Positions 1 to 11,703 of a stretch of 64,000 nucleotides of DNA are shown piece after piece. The DNA lies in NCBI GenBank assembly GCA_964016885.1, contig OZ024744.1:116312001-116376000 (forward strand), given 5' to 3'. Within the stretch, counting starts at the first letter, position 1, and the number at the start of each line of letters is the position of its first letter. The DNA is from Eledone cirrhosa. Lineage: Eukaryota. The notes under the pieces are model-generated. The model had not been told where the DNA came from, searched no databases, and was given only the letters and a program-made list of their open reading frames with translations. The translations under genes and the position numbers were made by a program.

Positions 1-686
1 ATACGCGACAGCAGTTGTTCTGCATAGTTCCACAGGTCGCTTACGCCCGGGCAGTGTACAATTGCGTGCAGAACTGTTTCAATGTCCTGCGCACATCTTG
101 GACACGTCCTCTTGGAAGGATCCCTGCCAGGGCGTCCGTGCCTGTAGATCTTGTCACGAACCGGTAGAGCTCCTCGGTAGCACTGCCAGGCCAGGGACCT
201 CTGGAAGTTGTCCATAGGTCCCGGGCGGAAAGTCCTACCAAACATACTGGTGAGCTCATCGTCTTCGACGCCCAGAGTCTCTCCGAGCACGTCGTCGCCC
301 TTGTAACGTACAATCCCTCTATAGAATGTCGAAGTGGAGTCTCCACTGATTGCTGCGCCCGCTTGCCAGAGGACTGTGAGCGCCTGAGCGCATTCAATGT
401 GCCAGGCTACCATCGTTTTCGGTCTTTTCTTCACCCAGGACTGCAGCTCCGTTAGCGAGACGAGCTGTGGGAAAGCCTGTCTTACAAACGGTGCCCACAC
501 CGGTTTGGGGTCGGTGAGGAATACCTGGAGATGCCGCAGCCTCAGCGCATGTTTGCGCATCATCAGCCACGGCATTCCCAGCCCTCCGTTGGAAGGGTGC
601 TGACAGCAGACGGATCTCCTCACCAGCGGAGCCTGCTTCTTCCACAGAAACTGGAAGAGCATGCGTTCCATCTTGGCGAGGTGTTC
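1..686 (-). mobile_element. L1/Tx1-clade non-LTR retrotransposon fragment (post-RT region of ORF2), decayed; continues beyond the window start
   Basis: The reverse complement aligns by eye to ~2461-3142 with scattered substitutions. It encodes ...KMERMLFQFLWKKQAPLVRRSVCCQHPSNGGLGMP... and the CPRC zinc-knuckle region, and ends at a (GATA)n tract. Confidence 0.85.
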
Positions 687-717
687 AGATAGATAGATAG
701 ATAGATAGGGATATATA
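687..717. repeat. (GATA)n/(TA)n microsatellite at the LINE/transposon junction
   Basis: agatagatagatagatagataggg atatata. Confidence 0.9.
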
Positions 718-1880
718 CAGGGTGCGGACGATATTTGTTCGCAAGATTACTGTCTAGGAAGAAGTTAACACAGTAGTTTTATTTTTTAAGATATATTTAT
801 CAAACTTGCGTCAGTTTGTCTTCATGACTTGTTCTTTCGATCGCACTTGCTAAACCCGCCATTGGCTTTGATGAGGGTCTCAAGGCGGCCTCGGAACCGG
901 CTACTGGCCTTCGTCACTGTCCCCCGACTTAGGCCCCTAAAGGCACTTGTGATCCTAGCCTTCAGATCGTCTTTCGTATTGCAGCTAGATCTGTTGGTGT
1001 CTCATTCCACTGCGCCCCACACAAAGAAGTCGAGGGGCTTGAAGTCAGGCGAGCTGGGAGGCCAGGTGTCAGGGGAAGTGTGGTCGACGAAGTTCTCTGA
1101 CAGCCAGGCTTGGGTCTTTCAGCTGGTATGGCAGGGCGCTGAGTCTTGCTGCCACACGTACAGCTTACCTGCAGCTACCTGGTCGATTCAGGGTTTTACT
1201 ACTTCGCCCAGAACGTGGATGTAGCCATCGGTGTTCAGCTTGAGGCCCTCAGGGAAGAAGTGAGGTGGCATGACGCTGGAAACTTTGTCTGCATGACTCT
1301 GGGCACGTCTTTGGATGAGACAGCAAGCCACCTGTTGTTCTGGGAGTTGATCTTCTGGTCTTGGCAGAAGTTTTTCTCATCGGAGAAAAACCGCAGCATC
1401 TCTGGCTCCAGTGGGTGTTTCAACTTGTTGATCATCTTCTTTGCAAGCTTCAGTCGCTTTTCTTTCATCACCTTTGACAGAAATTGTCCTTTCCTCATCT
1501 TGTAAGAAACGTAGCGAATGTCTTCATGTACTACCAGCCTAATGAGCTTTTCATCCATGCCTTTCTCCCTTGCAATGGCACGCATCGACTTGCTAGGTTC
1601 ATTGTTGATGATATCCTGAATTTCAGCGATGAACTCGGGCGTTCTGAAGCGTCAGATCGTCGATCATGTGTTTTCCTCTCTGATGTTGCTTCGTAGTCGA
1701 ATCCTGAATCTTCCAATTCCTTTCTGACCTTTTCCACCATTCTCCTGCTGACGCTGAGAAAGTCTGAAATTTCCTTATTTGTCCTCCCGGCACGGATTTC
1801 AAGAAGAACTCCGTGTCTCTTCCACAAATTTGGAGGTTTAAAATTATTCATAATCAATTATTCTGAAAATAAATAATGGA
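718..1880 (-). mobile_element. Tc1/mariner superfamily DNA transposon, DD37D (maT) family, decayed; one putative TIR visible
   Basis: TA|CAGGGTG terminus at 716-724, typical of this superfamily. Transposase remnants lie on the minus strand. No matching right TIR is seen before the LINE at ~1888. Confidence 0.85.
822..1857 (-). pseudogene. maT/DD37D transposase pseudogene
   Basis: HTH region (GRTNKEISDFLSVSRRMVEKVRK), first D in FFSDEKNF, then YVWQQDSAPCHTS*KTQAWLSENFVDHTSPDTWPPSSPDFKPLDFFVWG with 37 residues between the 2nd and 3rd D. In-frame stops and frameshifts are present. Terminal TGA at 822-824. Confidence 0.88.
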
Positions 1881-1887
1881 AATATAG

Positions 1888-3692
1888 TCACTTGGAAGCG
1901 GTTCTCAAGACGGCCAGTTCTATCGAAGCCGTTCGCAATCACGCGTTCCATCCGACAGAGATGCCTTCTCTCCTCCATTCTGTATGTACTGACTCTAGAG
2001 CCACTACTGCGGAAGTTGGAGCTTCTGCAGGGCATCCCGTTGGAACCGGGACTGCGGAAAGCGGCGTCGGCCTTGTGCCGACGATGTCACAGTAATGGTG
2101 TCTAAAACCTCGGAAATCGAGAAGTTCGGCAACTTACTGCAGGAATACGAAAGGCTCACAGGAGCAAAACTGAACCCGGACAAGTCTATCGGTTTGCAAC
2201 TCGGTACGTGGAGAGGCAAACCGATGACGTCCGACAGAGTCGTCGGACGCTGGACGGAAGGACCGGTGAAATTGCTCGGGGTCTGGTTCGGTCCGGACCT
2301 CCAGGTGGAGAAAAACTGGAATGAGATCACGGCCAAGGTGTTTGCACTCACCCAGAAGTGGGCAGAGTGCAAACTGTCCTTGAAAGGTCGAGCGGAGGTG
2401 GCGAACACTTTCATAGCGTCCGTCATCTACTACCGCTTGACTGTCGTGACTTGTCCCCGTGAATACCTCACCAAGATGGAACGCATGCTCTTCCAGTTCC
2501 TTTGGAAGAAGCAGGCTCGACTGGTGAGGAGATCCGTCTGCTGTCAGCACCCTTCCAACGGAGGGCTGGGAATGCCATGGCTGATGATGTGCAAACATGC
2601 ACTGAGATTACGGCACCTCCAGGTATTCCTCACCGAACAACCGGTGTGGGAACCGTTTGTGAGACAGGCCTTCCCGCAACTTGTTTCGCTGACGGAGCTG
2701 CAGTCCTGGGTCAAACGGAGACCGAAGAAGATGGGCACCTGACACATTGAATGCGCTCAGGCGCTCACAGTCCTCTGTCAAGCGTACACAGCAATCAGTG
2801 GAGATTCCACTTCGACATTCTATAGTGGGTTAGTACGTCACAAGTGCGACGACGTGCTCAGAAAGACTCTGGGCGTGGAAGACGACGAGCTCACCAGTCT
2901 GTTCGGTAGAGGTTTCTGCCCGGGACCTATGGACAACTTCCAAAGGTCCCTGGCCTGGCAGTGCTACCAAGGAGCTCTACCCGTTCAAGATAAGATCTAC
3001 AGGCACGGACGCCTCGGCAGAGATCCTTCCAAGAGGATGTGTCCAAGATGCGAGCAGGACATTGAAACCATCCTGCTCGCAACTGTACACTGCCCGGGCG
3101 TAACCGACCTGTGGAACTACGCAGAACAACTACTTTCACGTATGGGACAAATCCAGTTGACTGCCGAGTCCGTGTTAAGGATCAAACTGCCAACTTCCTT
3201 CAAAAACGAAAGAGAGGCGGTTTTCCTCTGTATAGTGGCTATGGCGAAAGAAGTTATATAGTGGACGAGATTGAGAGGACTGAGGACAGATGCCTTTCTC
3301 TCTGGACAACAACTCATTCCCTTCTTTAAGTACCACTTTAGAAGGAGAATCAGAGTGGAGAGAGAGGCACTGCACCCCAGTAAATTTACTGAAAGGTGGG
3401 TGAATGTAGCAAAAATGGCCCGAGTGATTGGGCCTTCTCTGTTTATAAACCTGTAGGTTGAAGAAGAGAGAAAAGGAAGAAAGGAGCACTTGCACAACAC
3501 GCTCCTGGAGTTGAGGGTTGTTCTATCGACGGGGTATTAAACAACCCATTTGTAACGCCTCCCCCTATTGGGGATTTCGATTGTAAAATTTGTTTGTTTT
3601 AATAATATTTTTACACGACTGTATGTAAAATCCCCGGCATGTGTCTTTGTATTGTCCCCTTTTCTTGTGCGCCTTTGTGGAAATATGATTAA
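1888..3692 (+). mobile_element. 5'-truncated L1/Tx1-clade LINE (RT, C-terminal zinc knuckle, 3' UTR)
   Basis: Frameshifted RT motifs IRQRCLLSSILYVLTLEPL (cf. RQGCPLSP) and ADDVTV (cf. YADD), then GAKLNPDKS, LLGVWFG, LSLKGRA, GGLGMP and CPRCEQDIETILLATVHC. The ORF ends at 3456. The 3' boundary is approximate. Confidence 0.88.
1892..3456 (+). pseudogene. LINE ORF2 (reverse transcriptase) pseudogene, broken by frameshifts and stops
   Basis: ORF-track pieces 2095-2742, 2854-3261 and 3271-3456 are consecutive parts of one L1/Tx1 ORF2. Confidence 0.85.
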
Positions 3693-3811
3693 TATGATTC
3701 CAGTCCCTTGGAGGACTAACAAAACACCCAGGAGCTGGACATATCGTCGAATTGACAGAGTGTAACACATTTCAACAACATGTGTACCTGTCTTTTTCAC
3801 ATTAATTCGTA

Positions 3812-3864
3812 CTGCCTGAAGAGGTCACAGCCAATAATAGCTGTCACCGAAATATATATAGCAG
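3812..3864 (+). ncRNA. Minimal type I hammerhead ribozyme (family A)
   Basis: CUGC-CUGAAGA-[GGUcACAGC caauaaua GCUGUcACC]-GAAA-UAUAUA-UA-GCAG: stem I CUGC/GCAG, intact core, palindromic stem III. Confidence 0.75.
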
Positions 3865-3963
3865 AGAATATATCATAAACGAAGCCAAATTTTACATGTT
3901 TGACTTACTTATTTTATATATATATAATATATAAGATCAAAAGATGGTTAAAAGAGTTCCATG

Positions 3964-4034
3964 TATTTTATTATGTGCATTTCAAAAACAAATACCATCA
4001 TGGGTTGATATTTGCGTTCTCATCAGATAAAATA
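3964..4034 (-). ncRNA. Type I hammerhead ribozyme (family B), inverted copy
   Basis: Reverse complement: UAUUUUAU-CUGAUGA-GAACGCAAAUAUCAACCCAUGAUGGUAUUUGUUUUU-GAAA-UGCACA-UA-AUAAAAUA. Confidence 0.7.
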
Positions 4035-4203
4035 GGGAGACATGATATGAAGCTTAAAAAACACTTGCGAGCAGTGAAGTGTTAAATCAACATATCAACA
4101 TATGTTGATTAAATCAAGATATCAACATATCAACATATCAACATATGTTGATTTAACACTTCACTGCTCGCAAGTGTTTTTTAAGCTTCATATCATGTCT
4201 CCC

Positions 4204-4274
4204 TATTTTATCTGATGAGAACGCAAATATCATCCCATGATGATATTTGTTTTTGAAATGCGCATAATAAAATA
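4204..4274 (+). ncRNA. Type I hammerhead ribozyme (family B)
   Basis: UAUUUUAU-CUGAUGA-[GAAcGCAAAUAUCAUC ccau GAUGAUAUUUGUuUUU]-GAAA-UGCGCA-UA-AUAAAAUA: 8-bp stem I, long stem II, palindromic UGCGCA stem III. Confidence 0.82.
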
Positions 4275-4396
4275 CATGGAACTCTTTTAACCATCTTTTG
4301 ATTTTATATTATTTATACTCCAGTCCTATAAACAGTAGAGTGCTTCTTATCCGATATTTGCATTGCTTTATTGTACTACAATAAAACTCACTTCCT

Positions 4397-4437
<41 letters not shown>

Positions 4438-4537
4438 TATTGAAATTTCCGTTGGAAACAAAAAAGGTCATAGAAGTGAAGAGTGCTCTATGTAAGTATC
4501 AGAGCAAAATTTAATGTATAAAAATCAATACAATATA

Positions 4538-4615
4538 ATTACCTCATTACCAGAGGTTTCCCGAATGAGGCGAATACGAAAGAAACGTCTTCATTCGTTC
4601 GTCAGACGAGGCAAT
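4538..4615 (-). ncRNA. Type I hammerhead ribozyme in pLTR copy 1 (family C)
   Basis: Reverse complement: AUUGCCUCGU-CUGACGA-a[CGAAUGA...UCAUUCG]g-GAAA-CCucuGG-UA-AUGAGGUAAU. 10-bp stem I with G.U pairs; A/G mismatch at the stem II base. Confidence 0.75.
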
Positions 4616-5348
4616 ATAAAACATGGGTAAATACTTGGAAAGTCTCATCAAGAAAATCAAATGAATTAGAAATTGAAATATATAAAATCTATCAAGAAAT
4701 ATAGTTAGGTGTGTGTATATGTATGTATATACGCTCACAGATGTGCATATATGTGTATGCACATATGTATACGTATAGTGAAAAAGTGTGCGTAAATATA
4801 AAATTTAGGGCAAATGTATCTGTATGTCTGTAATCTACAGACAGAATAGATACATCATAAGAATATGAATATGAAGGCGCGCGCATAAACACACCTACAC
4901 ATACGTACACTTAGATGCGGAAGTAAAAGAGGTAAGGGAGTGTAATAATTAAAGGAAAGTATCAATCTCGATATATTTATAAAAATGTAACAATAAATTA
5001 GAAAGAAAAAATTTTTAGAAAGAAAAAATTAAAGAAAAGAAGACAAAAAAGGGTACATGCATACACAGACACGCATATCTCACAAAAGAAACGCAAAAAT
5101 ATACATGCTTATATACACACGCACACTTACACACCCATACGTTCGATACGTACATACACACACACACACACACATACTTACACTCACGCATATTGACCTG
5201 TTTGCATGCACACGCATAAAAATGAGTAAGTAAAAAAAAGGGGGGGGGGAAGAAAAAAGGAACAAAACATAAAACCTAGATGTCAAAACACGGATATAAA
5301 GACACATACACATACGCATAATATATACATACACACACACACATATAT

Positions 5349-5393
<45 letters not shown>

Positions 5394-5800
5394 CACGCAC
5401 GCGCGCGCACATACGTAGTCGCTCATGTACATATATAGAAAGTATACACACATTAAGGCGTTCAGCCATATTGATACAGGGTGTAAAAAACTTGTGGATA
5501 AGTAAGTACAAATATAAAATTGTAAGATTGGCTGTGCAAAAATAAAAATGAAAAAATATATCTGGTTTGGAAAACACAAATGACAAGTCTAATCAGTTAG
5601 TGAAGGAAAAAGGGAAGTAAAAAAAGGGGAAGTAAAAAATGGAAAGTGAATCGGAGAATAAAGAGGGGGTTATTGGTGGATGTGAAGTAAACATAAAAAT
5701 AAAAAAATAAAAAAATAAGAATAAAAATAAATGAAATTATTGACAAGGATAAAAATGAAAGTAAGTCAGAAAGGGTAATTAAAAAGAGAATAATAAGAGT

Positions 5801-7768
5801 TTATGGAGGATAAGTATCTGAAAGTGTGTTAAGTTTATATGAGCTGGGAAGCAGGTGTGATTTCATGTGTGGGCAACTGGTGAAAATTTCCGTCTTTATG
5901 TTCAGGCAGGTCTTTGGTGATTTTAGGTTTTGCAATATCCAATATTTTTCATTTATGCAGAGCGTGCATTTTCTTGTTCCTCTAGCATATTCTTTAGATT
6001 GGTTCAAAATTGACCAATCTAATTTATATTGGATGCCTTGGTCTTTCAAATCCCAAATTCTGCTAGCCAGAGCTGTTGTAAATCTTTTTTCTGGATGTCG
6101 AAAGGATGCGACATGTGAGTAATAACGCGTTTTGAATTTGTCTTGCGTCATACCCACATATCGTTCACTGGTGGCTGGATGGTTGTTGCTGATGGTTGTC
6201 ACTTTAGCCGCATATACAATGGCTTTGGTGTTGCATTTACCTTGTAATGGGCATTCACTTTTGATTCTACAGGAGCAAGTTTGATTTTCTCTAGGTGATA
6301 TTTTGTTGAGGATATAGGACTTAATAGGGGGACCGCAGGAATAGCTAATTTTGACACTAGTTAGGTATGTATTTAATCGGTTCGCTAAAACCGCTATTTT
6401 GGAGGGCTTTATTATAGTCGGGGGATGCCTTATTAAAAATAGTTTCTGAGGAAGAGAGGGTGGAGATCCTACGGCTAATATTAGGGATAAGGTTTTTAAA
6501 AACTATAGGTGGATGGCAAGATCCTTTATTTATATATTTTAAGTTTTCATTAGGTTTATGGTATGGTTTATAAGAAGCAGTAGGCAAATCTAGGTTTATA
6601 TCTAGGAAATCTACGTTGGAAAGGTTAGTGTCAATAGTAATTTTAAGATTAAAACTAGCGAAGGTTTTTATTAAGTCTTTCCTTAATCTATCTAAGTTAT
6701 GGCCTATGGTGGTATGGGAAAGTATTAGACCATCGTCGCGATAAAGCCCAAAAATATGGTTAGGAAATTTTTCTTTAAGTGTATGTAAGAGGAATAGGCC
6801 GACCAGATCACAAACATCAGCACTGTCGTAAGAGCCCATTGAGACATCGAATGGGTTCTCTGGGTTAGATATTTTTACCCAAGTGTCATTATCATTAAAA
6901 AGTAGAGTGTTCCTAGCATGCAAGATGACATTCTCTTCAATATCGGAGATATTAGTAAACCCTCTAGCGAAATTTAAAGCTTTCGCTAAAAGGGTCTGAG
7001 TAATAGATGGGTAGAAATCTACAATGTCAAATTGGGTGAATCTAGAACTGATTTTGTTTTTAATATTATTAAACCAATGTACTACGGAAGAGCTATTTAT
7101 CCATTGGAGTAATTTAGACTTACTTCTAATGTGTGTATTTAATTTATTTAAATTTTTTTTGCTGGCAAGACCAATATCAGTCTTAGCAGGGTTGATTAAT
7201 CTACAACTAGGACGATTAATAAAGTCGGGTTTATGATCTTTAACGCAGAACGTTTAGCAAGTTTTTCTGTCCTATTATCTATTTTTAAAGAAACAGCTAA
7301 TTCTTTAGCTTCCTTATTTATATTATGGTACGTATTTATATTAGCTATTTGGTATTTAGAGGTGATATTATCTATTAATCGTTGGTCGTGTAAATTATTA
7401 TTAACTTCATATAGGATTTTAGTTTTATCGGAGAAGATGAACTTATTATTAGAAGATTTGAAAGTTGAAATATCATTAGATAATTTAGATTGAAAGGGGT
7501 TAGAGTACTTACGAAAATTGATATTGTTGATTGGGTTAACTAGGTCTAATTAAAAGGCGGTCATATCTTTTACTCTTTGCGGGTATTTATGAGTTTTGAT
7601 GTCAAAAAATTCCGCAGAATCCGTGTTAAATTGTCCATCGAGAATCAAAGCTTTCCATCTCATTCTTTTAACAACCTTCTCTACTTTGTCTATCAGTATT
7701 TTCGTGTAGAGAGTGTTAGAAGGTGTTGGGATATTCTTTACAGAGTAGTCCAAAGGGTATTTATCCAT
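5801..7768 (-). pseudogene. PLE RT + GIY-YIG endonuclease ORF, copy 1 (stop, frameshift, 172-bp internal deletion)
   Basis: KRMRWKA, SDKT, LKDHKPDF, CRLINPAKT, FDIVDFYPSI, SMGSYDSADVCDLVG, LYRDDGL, CSCRIKSEC, AIVY...YVGMT...FKTRY, CTLCINEK. The equivalent of 9824-9995 is missing at ~6357. Confidence 0.9.
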
Positions 7769-7790
7769 GTTCGGTATTGGTTTAAAATCC

Positions 7791-7842
7791 TATGACTGAA
7801 GAGTGCTCGACTTTAAAAGGGCTGGAAAGTGCCAATCTCATA
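7791..7842 (+). ncRNA. Degenerate HHR-like motif, antisense to the PLE ORF, just upstream of its ATG (second copy 11429-11480)
   Basis: UAUGA-CUGAAGA-gugcucgacuuuaaaagggcug-GAAA-gugccaa-UC-UCAUA. The core and stem I fit; stems II and III are weak. Confidence 0.45.
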
Positions 7843-7987
7843 AAGATGTAGAATATGCTGCGATCATTCCCTTGGGAGCTGTATAAGTATTGAAATTTCC
7901 GTTGAAAACAGAAAAGGTCATAGAAGTGAAGAGTGCTCTATGTAAATATCAGAGCAAAATTTAATGTATAAAAATCAATACAATATA

Positions 7988-8065
7988 ATTACCTCATTAC
8001 CAGAGGTTTCCCGAATGAGGCGAATACGAAAGAAACGTCTTCATTCGTTCGTCAGACGAGGCAAT
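7988..8065 (-). ncRNA. Type I hammerhead ribozyme in pLTR copy 2 (family C)
   Basis: Same sequence as 4538-4615. Confidence 0.75.
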
Positions 8066-8807
8066 ATAAAACATGAGTAAATACTTGGAAAGTCTCATCA
8101 AGAAAATCAAATGAATTAGAAATTGAAATATATAAAAATCTATCAAGAAATATAGTTAGGTGTGTGTATATGTATGTATATACGCTCACAGATGTGCATA
8201 TATGTGTATGCACATATGTATACGTATAGTGAAAAAGTGTGCGTAAATATAAAATTTAGGGCTAATGTATCTGTATGTCTGTAATCTACAGACAGAATAG
8301 ATACATCATAAGAATATGAATATGAAGGCGCGCGCATAAACACACCTACACATACGTACACTTAGATGCGGAAGTAAAAGAGGTAAGGGAGTGTAATAAT
8401 TAAAGGAAAGTATCAATCTCGATATATTTATAAAAATGTAACAATAAATTAGAAAGAAAAAATTTTTAGAAAGAAAAAATTAAAGAAAAGAAGACAAAAA
8501 AGGGTACATACATACACAGACACGCATATCTCACAAAAGAAACGCAAAAATATACATGCTTATATACACACGCACACTTACACACCCATACGTTCGATAC
8601 GTACATACACACACACACACACACACACATACTTACACTCACGCATATTGACCTGTTTGCATGCACACGCATAAAAATGAGTAAGTAAAAAAAAGGGGGG
8701 GGGGGGGGAAGAAAAAAGGAACAAAACATAAAACCTAGATGTCAAAACACGGATATAAAGACACATACACATACGCATAATATATACATACACATACACA
8801 CATATAT

Positions 8808-8840
<33 letters not shown>

Positions 8841-9266
8841 CATATATATATACATACACGCACGCGCGCGCACATACGTAGTCGCTCATGTACATATATA
8901 GAAAGTATACACACATTAAGGCGTTCAGCCATATTGATACAGGGTGTAAAAAACTTGTGGATAAGTAAGTACAAATATAAAATTGTAAGATTGGCTGTGC
9001 AAAAATAAAAATGAAAAAATATATCTGGATTGGAAAACACAAATGACAAGTCTAATCAGTTAGTGAAGGAAAAAGGGAAGTATAAAAAGGGGAAGTAAAA
9101 AATGGAAAGTGAATCGGAGAATAAAGAGGGGGGGGGTATTGGTGGATGTGAAGTAAACATAAAAATAAAAAAATAAAAAAATAAGAATAAAAATAAATGA
9201 AATTATTGACAAGGATAAAAATGAAAGTAAGTCAGAAAGGGTAATTAAAAAGAGAATAATAAGAGT

Positions 9267-11406
9267 TTATGGAGGATAAGTATCTGAAAGTGTGTTAAGT
9301 TTATATGAGCTGGGAAGCAGGTGTGATTTCATGTGTGGGCAACTGGTGAAAATTTCCGTCTTTGTGTTCAGGCAGGTCTTTGGTGATTTTAGGTTTTGCA
9401 ATATCCAATATTTTTCATTTATGCAGAGCGTGCATTTTCTTGTTCCTCTAGCATATTCTTTAGATTGGTTCAAAATTGACCAATCTAATTTATATTGGAT
9501 GCCTTGGTCTTTCAAATCCAAAATTCTGCTAGCCAGAGCTGTTGTAAATCTTTTTTCTGGATGTCGAAAGGATGCGACATGTGAGTAATAACGCGTTTTG
9601 AATTTGTCTTGCGTCATACCCACATATCGTTCACTGGTGGCTGGATGGTTGTTGCTGATGGTTGTCACTTTAGCCGCATATACAATGGCTTTGGTGTTGC
9701 ATTTACCTTGTAATGGGCATTCACTTTTGATTCTACAGGAGCAAGTTTGATTTTCTCTAGGTGATATTTTGTTGAGGATATAGGACTTAATAGGGGGACC
9801 GCAGGAATAGCTAATTTTGACACAGTTTCTGTTAAAGATCTTATAGTATCTATGTGTTCTAGGGAAATGTTTATCTAGGAGCTCAAGGAATTTTTTGCCT
9901 ACATTAGTTTTAACTGCTAGAGAGTAGGGGGGTGGGTGGGGGTGGGTGAACCAGATTATTTTTCTTTTCCTATTTTTTGTTTAATAGAGTTAGTATAGTT
10001 AGGTATGTATTTAATCGGTTCGCTAAAACCGCTATTTTGGAGGGCTTTATTATAGTCGGGGGATGCCTTATTAAAAATAGTTTCTGAGGAAGAGAGGGTG
10101 GAGATCCTACGGCTAATATTAGGGATAAGGTTTTTAAAAACTATAGGTGGATGGCAAGATCCTTTATTTATATATTTTAAGTTTTCATTAGGTTTATGGT
10201 ATGGTTTATAAGAAGCAGTAGGCAAATCTAGGTTTATATCTAGGAAATCTACGTTGGAAAGGTTAGTGTCAATAGTAATTTTAAGATTAAAACTAGCGAA
10301 GGTTTTTATTAAGTCTTTCCTTAATCTATCTAAGTTATGGCCTATGGTGGTATGGGAAAGTATTAGACCATCGTCGCGATAAAGCCCAAAAATATGGTTA
10401 GGAAATTTTTCTTTAAGTGTATGTAAGAGGAATAGGCCGACCAGATCACAAACATCAGCACTGTCGTAAGAGCCCATTGAGACATCGAATGGGTTCTCTG
10501 GGTTAGATATTTTTACCCAAGTGTCATTATCATTAAAAAGTAGAGTGTTCCTAGCATGCAAGATGACATTCTCTTCAATATCGGAGATATTAGTAAACCC
10601 TCTAGCGAAATTTAAAGCTTTCGCTAAAAGGGTCTGAGTAATAGATGGGTAGAAATCTACAATGTCAAATTGGGTGAATCTAGAACTGATTTTGTTTTTA
10701 ATATTATTAAACCAATGTACTACGGAAGAGCTATTTATCCATTGGAGTAATTTAGACTTACTTCTAATGTGTGTATTTAATTTATTTAAATTTTTTTTGC
10801 TGGCAAGACCAATATCAGTCTTAGCAGGGTTGATTAATCTACAACTAGGACGATTAATAAAGTCGGGTTTATGATCTTTAACGCAGAACGTTTAGCAAGT
10901 TTTTCTGTCCTATTATCTATTTTTAAAGAAACAGCTAATTCTTTAGCTTCCTTATTTATATTATGGTACGTATTTATATTAGCTATTTGGTATTTAGAGG
11001 TGATATTATCTATTAATCGTTGGTCGTGTAAATTATTATTAACTTCATATAGGATTTTAGTTTTATCGGAGAAGATGAACTTATTATTAGAAGATTTGAA
11101 AGTTGAAATATCATTAGATAATTTAGATTGAAAGGGGTTAGAGTACTTACGAAAATTGATATTGTTGATTGGGTTAACTAGGTCTAATTAAAAGGCGGTC
11201 ATATCTTTTACTCTTTGCGGGTATTTATGAGTTTTGATGTCAAAAAATTCCGCAGAATCCGTGTTAAATTGTCCATCGAGAATCAAAGCTTTCCATCTCA
11301 TTCTTTTAACAACCTTCTCTACTTTGTCTATCAGTATTTTCGTGTAGAGAGTGTTAGAAGGTGTTGGGATATTCTTTACAGAGTAGTCCAAAGGGTATTT
11401 ATCCAT
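9267..11406 (-). pseudogene. PLE RT + GIY-YIG endonuclease ORF, copy 2 (near full length, disrupted)
   Basis: Same motifs as copy 1 plus the linker IWFT..PPYSLAVKTNVGKKFLELLDKHFP...KIFNRNCVKISYSC. Premature TAA at 11188-11190; frameshifts near 10880 and 9960. Confidence 0.92.
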
Positions 11407-11625
11407 GTTCGGTATTGGTTTAAAATCCTATGACTGAAGAGTGCTCGACTTTAAAAGGGCTGGAAAGTGCCAATCTCATAAAGATGTAGAATATGCTGCG
11501 ATCATTCCCTTGGGAGCTGTATAAGTATTGAAATTTCCGTTGAAAACAGAAAAGGTCATAGAAGTGAAGAGTGCTCTATGTAAATATCAGAGCAAAATTT
11601 AATGTATAAAAATCAATACAATATA

Positions 11626-11703
11626 ATTACCTCATTACCAGAGGTTTCCCGAATGAGGCGAATACGAAAGAAACGTCTTCATTCGTTCGTCAGACGAGGC
11701 AAT
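11626..11703 (-). ncRNA. Type I hammerhead ribozyme in pLTR copy 3 (family C)
   Basis: Same sequence as 4538-4615. Confidence 0.75.

Larger units (their letters stand above)
3929..4400. mobile_element. Fold-back (inverted) remnant of a Penelope-like element terminal repeat, flanked by (TA)n
   Basis: ~165-bp inverted arms (~3929-4094 and ~4144-4310), each with an HHR. The right arm runs on to ~4400 with AATAAA at ~4380. TA tracts lie on both sides. Confidence 0.7.

Noticed and set aside
829-1696. Plus-strand ORFs 829-1224, 1146-1505 and 1484-1696
   Set aside because: Antisense shadows of the maT transposase.
5801-11406. Selenocysteine (in-frame UGA) recoding, reported for some Naiad elements
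   Set aside because: The interruptions I traced are a TAA and frameshifts, and the conserved cysteines read as normal Cys codons.
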